From contig JAUCBJ010002693.1 of assembly GCA_032718475.1 (NCBI GenBank), positions 26,453 through 90,452 on the forward strand: a stretch of 64,000 nucleotides of DNA. The letters run 5' to 3'. Within the stretch, counting starts at the first letter, position 1. Each line of letters begins with the position of its first letter. The notes below the pieces were generated by a model that had not been told where the DNA came from, did no database searches, and worked only from the letters and a program-made list of their open reading frames with translations. Source of the DNA: Nemertoderma westbladi (taxonomy: Eukaryota > Animalia > Xenacoelomorpha). Of the stretch, positions 50,101 to 62,100 are shown one piece after another. Both the position numbers and the translations under genes were made by a program.

Positions 50101-53100
50101 TAATATAACTGTATATGTAACGGGTTATTAATCTAACGGTATATGTAACGGGTTATTAATCTAACTGTATATGTAACGGGTTATTAATCTAACGGTATAT
50201 GTAACGGGTTATTAATATAACTGTATATGTAACGGGTTATTAATATAACTGTATATGTAACGGGTTATTAATCTAACGGTATATGTAACGGGTTAGTAAT
50301 CTAACGGTATATGTAACGGGTTATTAATCTAACGGTATATGTAACGGGTTATTAATCTAACGGTATATGTAACGGGTTATTAATCTAACTGTATATGTAA
50401 CGGGTTATTAATATAACTGTATATGTAACGGGTTATTAATCTAACGGTATATGTAACGGGTTATTAATCTAACTGTATATGTAACGGGTTATTAATCTAA
50501 CGGTATATGTAACGGGTTATTAATCTAACTGTATATGTAACGGGTTATTAATATAACTGTATATGTAACGGGTTATTAATCTAACGGTATATGTAACGGG
50601 TTATTAATCTAACTGTATATGTAACGGGTTATTAATCTAACGGTATATGTAACGGGTTATTAATCTAACGGTATATGTAACGGGTTATTAATCTAACGGT
50701 ATATGTAACGGGTTATTAATATAACTGTATATGTAACGGGTTAGTAATCTAACGGTATATGTAACGGGTTATTAATCTAACGGTATATGTAACGGGTTAT
50801 TAATCTAACGGTATATGTAACGGGTTATTAATCTAACTGTATATGTAACGGGTTATTAATATAACTGTATATGTAACGGGTTATTAATCTAACGGTATAT
50901 GTAACGGGTTATTAATCTAACTGTATATGTAACGGGTTATTAATATAACGGTATATGTAACGGGTTATTAATCTAACTGTATATGTAACGGGTTATTAAT
51001 CTAACGGTATATGTAACGGGTTATTAATCTAACGGTATATGTAACGGGTTATTAATCTAACGGTATATGTAACGGGTTATTAATCTAACGGTATATGTAA
51101 CGGGTTAGTAATCTAACGGTATATGTAACGGGTTATTAATCTAACGGTATATGTAACGGGTTATTAATCTAACGCTATATGTAACGGGTTAGTAATCTAA
51201 CGGTATATGTAACGGGTTATTAATCTAACGGTATATGTAACGGGTTATTAATCTAACGGTATAATGTAATGGGTTAGTGACTGGGAGAATCTCAGAACAG
51301 ACGTTACTTGTAAGAGAGAAGATCTTAAGATAGCCTACAAAGTTAAAACCGAACAACCAACAACAGAAAACATTAACAAGGTTGAGAAAGCTAAGGACGA
51401 TCTTAAATTGGCCTACAACATCAGCCAGGAAAAGTACATACAGGATAAAATTGAAGCAATTACAACTGCTCACATACAGCAACAATCAAGACTTAACTGG
51501 CAAACTGTAAATTATGTATCTGGTCGGAAAAGTTGTGCAAAGGGGCGCCTCAAAGCCGATAGCCCTGAAGAACGTGTTGGAAAGTGGAAAATTCACTTCA
51601 GCAACTTGCTTGGGCAGCCACCAAACATCGAGGTCAGCCCTACAAGGGAAATATATGACAAGACACTACCTATAGAAACAGGGGACTACACACCCGCCGA
51701 ACTTTCAAAAAAATAATTAAGGGGGTGTGGGGTGGGGGGGGGGGGGGGGGGGTAACCCTCCCCCCTGTTGTTTATTTAAATTTGTTTATATCTCCAATAT
51801 GGTTGAAAAATGCGCAGCAAACTATATACCATCGAAAAGAGAATAATTAACTAAAGTAAATAAAAATGTGAAAAAACTATTTTTTAGCGCCCCCTAGCGG
51901 CTGGCGTAAGATTTATAAAATTACGCTAAAATGACTACTCCGTTATTTCCCATTTTCATTTTTCGTTACCACATTTTTTGGAACCAGTATGTTAAATTTC
52001 ATCATATTCTTCGGCCACTTTTTTAATTTTCATTTTCTATTTCTGATAATTGGCAATTTTGTAAAAAAAAAAATTAAAAATTTTTTAAAAATTGAAAAAA
52101 TCCACGTTTTTTTAATTTAAAAAAAAATGCGGAAGTATTATGAAATCAAAAAAGTGGCCGAAGAATATTAAAGATTAAAGCGAATATTAAATACTAAAAC
52201 TATTAATGTCTGTCAATAGCAACACGAAAGCACAAAACCATGCTAAGATTTTGCTATGGGGGTTTTCCTGGTCGCTGATCTCATTTCTGAGGGAAGTTTT
52301 CACTTTTAATGAACTCTAGTTAATCTGTTTGTCTGTCTGTCGGTCTTTCTGACAATCCGACAATCTGACCGTCAAATATAAGGAAAGGGGAGATCTTCCA
52401 GCCAAAGGTTTAGCTCTGGGGGTTTTCAGGGTCGCAGAATCCATTTTGAGTGTCAGTTTTAACATTTGATTACTACCAGATTGGCTGTCAGGCTGTCTGT
52501 TATATTTTGACGGGCAGACTGACAGGCTTACAGACAGGAATGACGCCGCCAAATTTAATATTAATATCAGGAATGAGGTCACGGACCAAGAAAATCCATA
52601 ATGGAATTTTTTTAGACAGATAGTATGAATACTGACGGACAGACCGACAGTAAAACGGACAGACACCCATATCTCGAAAAGTAAGACAGATCTTGCTAAA
52701 CGTTTTTATATTTGGAATCTTGATTAAATTCTGCTCTAGATGAAATTAAAAACATATCGAAAGTTTTAACCAGGGGGGGGGGGGGGGGGGGGTTACCCCC
52801 CCCCCCCCCCCCCCTTAAAAGCATGTCCAATCATAAAGCGAGTGGATTATATGAAATCCCTGCAGAGGTATGGAAAACAGAACATAAACAGACCATTATT
52901 GAATGTATTAATTGAATGTGATTATTAGGAGGGGATGTTTGCAACCGAATGCTGAAAAGGTAAAAAGCACCACCAATTTGGACTAAAAGAAAGGAGACCT
53001 CCGTGTACTTACAAACTATCGTGGGATCTGTCTACTTGTGGTAGCTGCCAAAATATATAACAAATGATTCTATATAGAATTAGACCTCACATAGAGAAAC

Positions 53101-56100
53101 TACTGCGTAAGAGCCAAAACGGATTTCGACCAAATAGATCAACAATAGCTCAGATACTTACACTATGGGGACTGAAGTCAAAGAATCTTCCCGTTGTTCT
53201 GACTTTTGTGGACTTCAGTAAAGCATTCGAATCCATCCATAGAGGTAAAATGCTCGAAATCCTAAGAGCTTTTGGAATACCAGAAGTAATTGTCGCTGGC
53301 ATTGGATTGTGGGGCGAGCGGCGAAAGTAAGCGAGTTGTGCGCTTGCGAAGGATTGCGAATTCATGACTTTTAATGTTAATGGAATCTTGACAACAATTG
53401 ATAAAAATCAACTAAGGAAGGTTGACGACTTCCAGTACCTTGGGTCATGGATAGAGAGTAGCAAAAAGGACATAGAAGTTAGGAAAGCAAAGGCTTGGGT
53501 AGCTCTATCAAAAATGGATACCATCTGGAAATCAGATCTCTCCAGGTGTACTTTTATACGGGGGGGGGGGCTGGACACTGACGAAATCACTTGAACAACG
53601 AATTGATGGTTGCTACACAAGACTACTAAGGGCAGCCCTAAACATCAGCTGGAGACAACACATGACAAACGCCGATCTTTATGGTACAATACCACCTGTA
53701 TCAACCACCCTCTGTGAACGCAGATTAAGATTCAGTGGGCACTGCTGGCGAAGTAAAGACGAGGTCATACCAGATCTACTTTTCTGGCAACCAACCCATG
53801 GAAAGCGTAGTCGTGGACGACCGGCCATAACATATATAGATCAACTTGAAAGGGATACTGAACTTGGGAGAAACGAAATTGCGACAACTATGGAGAATCG
53901 GGAAGCCTGGAAGGATCTCATTTTCACTGTCCGAGTTCGCTCGACAAGCAGTAGTAAGAGTAATTTTCTAAACGTTTCAGCTTTAGGTTTATTCCCGCCA
54001 GGTACAATGAGTGTGGACCGCACTGAATTGGGCCACGACGGACAACTGTCGGTTCGCTTCCACACAGAGGCCCAGTTTATCGGTCGGTTTGTTCTCCGTC
54101 ACGAACTCGGCACCGGATTGGTCCGTCAGTCCACGGTTACAGCCAATCAGAGACCGGATCTACCCATCGGGTTAGAGATGCTGAGCAGCGAGGAGACCTT
54201 CGTTGAACCGACCCAGGTGTGGCGGTTCTGGTCCGAAAATAAAGTGAGTCCGAAAATCCAATAAAGTTTCGAAAAGTAGGCTAAGAAGTTTCATTGAAAA
54301 TATAAAATTTATTTGTTTTAATAATTCTTGTTATTCTGTTTGCCCTTTTGTTTGGGGTTTGGGGTTTGTCCGTTTGTTTACAAGAGGTTTGTTCGCTGGT
54401 TATTAGAGGTTTGTCCGTCTGTTTACAAGAAGTTTTTCCGCGTATTTACTAGAGGTTTGTCCGTCTGTTTACTAAGAGGTTTGTCCGTCTGTTTACTAGA
54501 TGTTTGTCCGTCTGTTTTGTTTACAAGATGATTCTCCGTGTGTTTACTAGAGGTTTGTCCGTCTTTTTACTAGAGGTTTGTCCGTCTGTTTACTAGAAGT
54601 TTGTCCGTCTGTTTTGTATACTAGAGGATTCTCCGTGTGTTTACTAGAGGTTTGTCCGTCTGTTTACTAGAGGTTTGTCCGTCTGTTTACTAGATGTTTG
54701 TCCGTTTGTTTACTAGAGGTTTGTCCGTTTGTTTACTAAATGTTTGTCCGTCTGTTTTGTTTACTAGATGATTCTCCGTGTGTTTACTAGAGGTTTGTCC
54801 GTCTTTTTACGAGAGGTTTGTCCGTCTGTTTACTAGATGTTTGTCCGTTTGTTTAGGTTTAAATATCATTTATCTCTAAGGTGCGAGACCTTTCCGGTTC
54901 TTACACCATCCTTATGGTGCCCTGCACCGTTGCCGAGGGAACGCAGTTCATCCAATCAGAATCCGACCCGCAACTCCCCTGTCAACCGCAACGGCCGGTT
55001 CAGTTCCAACTGGAGCTCCGTCTCCAGCCGCTGAGCGGCGTGGTCTCAGACAACGTGAGTCTCGGTCTCGGACTCACATTGTGGCGCAGTTTAACAGACA
55101 TTGATCCGGAACTTCGCGACACCAGCCAATCAGTTTCATTCTCGCAGGGTTAGTAATTATATCTTAGTTTCCATGGTAATGCTTTTATTGTAATTTGTAA
55201 CTACACTGGTATCCATGATATTGCCTTTAATTTGGAACTACACTGGTATCCATGGTGATGCCTTTATTATAATTTGTAACTACACTGGTATCCATGGTTA
55301 TATGGGTATCTTATTAAGTATATTAACTATCTAATTAACCTTTTGGTAATTCTAGGTGGCCCAATATTTGGGCTTTTATCTCTGCCGATTGATTCGGATT
55401 CCTTCGATTCCATACAACTCCTCAAGGTGGCGTTGTGCTCCGGTCAACTCGGATATATTCCGAAATACAACGCGGTCGACAACGAAGAAGGTTGTCTATA
55501 TCCCAATAAATATCTCGACAAGCAGTTCGATATTTGGGTGAGTCAACAATCAGTACAACAGCACACATAAAACGTAAAAGAAAATAGAACAAACCTAATG
55601 CAAATAGTTTTTATTTGGCGTAATAATAATTAGGCCTAATTTATTATTAATTTGCTTCGGTTAAAAAAAAACATGCTTTTCTCACTGGACCCGATAATTT
55701 TTGTTGAGCTTGCATTCACTACTGAAGGTAATTATATATATAAAGGAGTCCTCAGGTCACAACAATAACGTCCAAACCTGGCTTCCATCCTTCGCTGGTC
55801 GGTAAATGTCAACTGTTATTCTGTTGTTCTGTTATTCTGTTGTTCTGTTATTCTGTTGTTCTGTTATTCTGTTATGTAAAATTTAAACGTTAAAAACTCA
55901 GCCAAGTCTCGATGAAATCTATCCAAATTTGGTACACATGTAGTCTGGCAAAAGTTTAGGAATTTCCCACGTTGAATTTGCGTGTGGTCTTCTTGAAGGT
56001 AGATAAATTCAGTTAATTAATTAATGATTAAAAAATTAATTTTGGTTAGGGTAAAAACAGCATTTACAACATGACTTAATGAAAATTAATTATTTTAGAG

Positions 56101-59100
56101 TATAAGATATAAATAATTATACTTAAAAATTATACAGCTGTAATCCCCATACCCCATTCCATTATAGTTTTTAATTAGTTCAAGTGATTTGCTTTAATAA
56201 ATATGTTTTTTCTGGGTTCACTATTTATACTTCGAGGTCCCGTTCCAAAAATGTCGGGATCGGAATCGGAATCCCGTTTAAACAATAAACACTAAAATAT
56301 AAAATTATTTACTAAAAGTCAACATTTTACCAAAATTTCACTCAAATTTTTGCCATTTTTTGTGATTATTAGCCTATGACCCCCCTTTACTATTATAGTA
56401 AGGGGGGGGGGGGGGGGGGGGGGGTACCAGTACTGGGCAGTACTGGTAGGGGATTAGTGGTGGTCATTGGGTCTGATAGTAGCAATAGGCCCTAAACACT
56501 AGACATGCAACAAACAGAAATGTATAGAAATCAGCTTTATTATTAGTGCAATAAGTTTACTTTATTTCACTTCCATCAAAATATTCAGGAATATAGTTTT
56601 TTCTTTATTCCTGAAAAATTTTGTGAAATAAAAGTAGAAATTTGTGTCTCATTGGTTGTGAGGATATTGGTTGTCGCCCTATTTATAAGAGATAATCTCT
56701 TTACAATAGGCCCCTTTTTAGGGGTTTAGTAAATCTGGCTTTTACATTTGCAGGACTTTGAATCACCGTTGTCAGTAACAACGGAATTAGCCGGGGCTCC
56801 CTTTAATTTCGCATTGGTCCCACAAGATGAAGTGGTTGAGACGTTGGGTTCCCATGGCAACGCCATGTTGGCCTTCCGTTTGAGTTCCAGTCCATTCTAT
56901 CGGGTTCCCAGAGATAACAAGTGGTTTATTCAGGTATGTTTGTGTATTCCGGCTGCCACCATGTGGGTTAGTAAGGTATTTATTATGTGTTACGAATGCC
57001 ACTAATTGGTTCACTGCGGTATTTCATTAGGATGCGTCAAAAAATTTATAGAAAAACGATATACCATCGCATCAGATACAATCATCAGAAGTAGGCCTAC
57101 ATAGAAATTTGGAAAAAAAAAATGTTGGCGCCCCTTAGCGGCCTGCGTGAGATTTTTAAAATTTCATTAAAAAGTACTCCTCCGTTATTATCTATTTTTA
57201 TTTTCCGATACCAACCACTTTTTTTTAAGATACTGTCCGCCTCCAGGCGGGGCAAATGGTTTTAAATGACATCGGAACTAAACCTGTAGCACAAAAAAAT
57301 AGTAAGTTGGAACATTTATTATTTTTATTTATTGTTATTAATAAATAAATAATACCACATTTTTTGGAATCAGTTTATCTTCATTTTCATCATATTTTTC
57401 ATGCTTTTTTTGTATTTTCGGTTTCTATCTGATAATTGGAAATTTTGTAAAAAAAAACTGAAATAATTTTTCATTCAAACAATGGGATTAAATTATGAAA
57501 AGTGCGTGAAATTTATTGAAGCTTATGAAATTGGCGGATTAGTAGTATTTTCCTTCAAAGTTCAAACCTTCCCCTGCAAACCTACCTGTATGGGGTCTGG
57601 ACAGGAAGGAAGCACACTAAAGTTATATTTGCAGGGTTTTTCGGGGTCGCTGATTTCATTTCCGATGTCAGATTTAATACTTGGTGGAATGTAGTCTGTC
57701 CGTCTGTCGGTTGTATGTGTTTCTATCTTACATTTTGGCAGACAGATATTCCGCGATAACTCTAGAACTAAAAGAGATCTCTCTAAACTGTTTTCAGATT
57801 TGAAATCCCCATTAAACTCATTAAACAAAAACCTAAAACACTAAAACACAATATGTTTGTTCATTACAATACATCTATAAATGGATCATGCACAATAAAC
57901 TCAGTTAGTAGTAGGGTCTTGGGCTCAGTGAGTCATAGTCTATGCCTCAGTGCCCCAGTGAGGCATAGTCTATGCCTCAGTGAGTCATAGTCTATGCCTC
58001 AGTGCCCCAGTGAGGGATAGTCTATGCCTCAGTGAGTCACAGTCTATGCCTCAGTGAGTCATAGTCTATGCCTCAGTGAGTCATAGTCTATGCCTCAGTG
58101 AGTCATAGTCTATGCCTCAGTGAGTCATAGTCTATGCCTCAGTGAGTCACAGTCTATGCCTCAGTGAGTCATAGTCTATGCCTCAGTGAGGCATAGTCTA
58201 TGCCTCAGTGAGTCATAGTCTATGCCTCAGTGCCCCAGTGAGGCATAGTCTATGCCTCAGCGAGTCACAGTCTATGCCTCAGTAAGTCATAGTCTATGCC
58301 TCAGTGAGGCATAGTCCATGCCTCAGTGAGTCATAGTCTATGCCTCAGTGCCCCAGTGAGGCATAGTCTATGCCTCAGTGAGTCACAGTCTATGCCTCAG
58401 TGAGTCATAGACTATGCCTCAGTGAGGCATAGTCTATGCCTCAGTGAGGCATAGTCTATGCCTCAGTGAGTCATAGTCTATGCCTCAGTGCCTCAGTGAG
58501 GCATAGTCTATGCCTCAGTGCCTCAGTGAGGCATAGTCTATGCCTCAGTGAGTCATAGTCTATGCCTCAGTGCCTCAGTGAGGCATAGTCTATGCCTCAG
58601 TGCCTCAGTGACGCATAGTCTATGCCTCAGTGAGTCATAGTCTATGCCTCAGTGCCCCAGTGAGGCATAGTCTATGCCTCAGTGAGTCACAGTCGATGCC
58701 TCAGTGAGTCATAGTCTATGCCTCAGTGAGGCATAGTCTATGCCTCAGTGAGTCATAGTCTATGCCTCAGTGCCCCAGTGAGGCATAGTCTATGCCTCAG
58801 TGAGTTATAGTCTATGCCTCAGTGAGGCATAGTCTGTGTCAGGTCTTAAATGAGAGTCTTACAAATTCGAACGTCAACGAACAAATTCGACGGTTACTGT
58901 TCCACCTTGGTGTAGTGGTTGCGTTGAATTCACATCTCCCGTATGTCATGGGTTCGATCCCTGCATGAACCAGGGCAGTTTTCGTTCGGTCAGCAATAGG
59001 CCTAACGTTGCAAAATGCAGTATTATTGCCTAGTAACCAATTCATGGCTACCGTATGGTTTTCACTTTGAGACATTTCGCCCTCTAGCGGCAGACTGGGG

Positions 59101-62100
59101 AACTTCAGACTACTCTGTGACTCTGCAAAAGATATAGCCCATATTGTAATAGATACCGATTGGGGGTCAAAATTAAGTAATAATATATCTAAATAAGTCT
59201 CAAACATCTTGCCTCATGGCTCGCCCCTTAGAACTCTTAAGCAATATAACTTCATAGTTTTGCGGATTGTAAATAACAAAGCTAGAGAAGATGTTAATTT
59301 TCAAATAATACGCCCTCTAGCGGCAGACAGGGGAACTTCAGACTACTCTATGACTCCGCAAAAGATATGGCCTATGCCGTAGTAGATGCCTACCGAGTTT
59401 AAACCTATTCGGAATGAAAATAACAAAGTTAGAGAAGATGTTAATTTTCAGATAATACGCCCTCTAGCGGCAGACTATGGAACTGCAGACGGCTGGGTAT
59501 AGGTAAGAGTAATTAGTAATCAGAGGTGTCACGAGAGGGGGGCGGGGCGCTTGGATACAACTATTATTAATAAGCTGTTGCTTGGTTAAAGCTAATTGGG
59601 GGTCAAAGGTCAACGATAAAGTTGTCTGGATATAGATAAGAGTAATTAGTTACCAGTAAGGGAGCTGTATACCCTATGTCTAAGTATAACGAGATGAAAG
59701 TCAATGAGGTCATATAGAAACCAATATATAAAACTAATTATTGGTAAATCTAAAATAAATAAAGTAAAAATAAATACAATATAAATAAATTCAAAATTAA
59801 ATATAAATAAATAAGTATTAATAAATAAAAGAGCTGCGGTGTCACTTATGACACCCTCTTGGGCCTCTAGGTGTACAGTTAGACAACACTGACACCATTG
59901 CGTATCGGATTGATTAATTAGGATAATCAATTAAACCCTAATTAGGAGTCGTAAGACACCTATTAGGGTTTAATTGTACTAATTAATTGATGACACCTGT
60001 CAATTAGGGTCTAATTAGCCTAATTAGGAGGTGTCACCCAGACAGTCTGGCGCCAGTCAGTGAGGTCTAACTGTCGCCGAGCCGCCCAAGACCCTACAAA
60101 TAGTAGGCTTACTATATATTACACAGTAAGCCAACTGTATATATCATACTGTATACAGGCAAACATCCCAGGCTGGAAATCGATCAACTTGCTTACTGGG
60201 CGGAAAAGCCAACCAACCACCAAGGTTAAGGCAGAATCACCAGCCGATCGCCTCAATGGTTGGAAGGCCCACTTTGAAAAGCTCCTCAATAATGACAGGG
60301 TATTGCCTGATAACTTTATAGAAGTAAAAGTGTCTGAGTCTGTACTCACAGATTTTCCCATTGATGTTATCTCCTTTGCAGAAGTGAAGGCTGCTGCAAA
60401 GAGCATTAAGACCAATCGTGCCAGTGGAGTAGATGGTGTTCCCCCAGAGGTCTTTAAAATACCTGAGTGTTTAAAGCTCATCTATCCCATCATAGTAGAC
60501 ATGTACCGAACAACAAGAGTCCCACAAGAAATGAAAACAAATAAGTTGGTGCCAGTTCCCAAGAAGGGCAACCTAACACTCTATGGTTCTTTTCGGGGAA
60601 TCTCATTGATCTCGATTGCTGCAAAGCTATATAATAGAATTCTATTAAATCGCATCAGGGATCCCATTGAGAGACTGCTCCGTGGAAATCAGAATGGGTT
60701 CCGTAAAGGTCGTGGGACCATGGAGCCCATTTTGGCACTTAGAAGGATAATTGAAGAGTTATCAAAAAAGAAAGACAGGCATCTGGCTGTTATCTTTGTT
60801 GACTTCTTCAAGGCCTTTGATTCTAGTCTCTCGCTCACGTATGTTCAGCATACTTTCATTATATGGGATTCCTGATGAAATTATTGCAGCAATCAGATCA
60901 GTATACGATGGTTCGACAACATTTGTGTCTACTGTTGACGGTGACACAGAACCATTTGAAGTGTTATGGGGCGTCCTCCAAGGAGACACACTTGCACCAT
61001 TCTTGTTCATTATTGTGGTTGACTATGTTCTACGCATGTCCTTAGATCATCATAATGATGATGGGGTGATGATAACTCCACCTACTGGCTCCAGAAGTCG
61101 AGGAAATCCTGCCAAGTACCTGAGTATCTGACCTGATACTAGACTCTCTAGAATCACTAGAGGGAGCCCAACGGCTCCTCAGCTCATTAGAACAGGCTGC
61201 TTCTAGTGTTGGTCTTTTTATTAACTCCAAGAAAGACCAAAATTTTGACAGTTAACTTTGAAAGTCTCTCAGAAAGTCTCTGATCGGATGAGCATAAGCT
61301 CAAAGGATGGTATGCTTGAGCATGTGGACGACTTCTGTTACCTGGGATCATGGATCCGGAAGTCAGGTGGGGAGGACCTTCGAATACGTAAGGGAAAGGC
61401 ATGGGCAGCCTTGAATAGGCTTTCCAGGATTTGGAAGTCACAGAGAATTAATCGGAAACTTAAGGTCCGATTATTTAGAGCAGCAGTAGTTCCAGTACTC
61501 CTCTATGGGAGTCCATGCTGGGCTCTAACTGCTGAGGACACCAAATCTCTGGATGGCACATTCACAAGAATGCTACGCCGGGTTCATTGTGTCAAGTACA
61601 ATGCACACATCTCCAACCAGACACTATATAACATTGGAGGTGTCCAATTGGTTCCCCCAAGCTTGACACTAGAACAAAATCGACTCCGCTTTGCAGGACA
61701 TTGCTTTCGCCGTGAGGACCAGCCAGTGCATAATCTTGTACTTTGGCAGCCTCATGGAGTGAAAAAACTTGGTGGACAGCCCATGACTTTCTTGAGACGC
61801 ATCTTAAAGGATCGAAATGCGTACGTGAAGTATGGGTGATATGAGATATGTCAATTGTGCAAGCCGGAAGATTCTAGCGCGATGCGTCCTAATATTTGTA
61901 CCACTAACCGCAGGTTTTAAAAATGTACCTGCATGATGCATGGGATTAGTCCTACAACTGCGCCAATAAAGAGATACGGTCTTTAGCGGATAACATAAAC
62001 TTATCGTTCGAGGTATCATATGACCCCTAGTCCCTTCCTATAACGACCACGTGCAGGGCTAATATGGGCTCAGACGGGACCTCGACAAATTCCGCCCTTG

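Noticed and set aside
53662-54264. 200-aa ORF as a novel gene
   Set aside because: Chance in-frame fusion of a LINE C-terminus with a host exon.
2847-56425. Long poly-G/poly-C runs as a regulatory G-quadruplex system
   Set aside because: Mostly within TE termini; homopolymer lengths are unreliable in assemblies.
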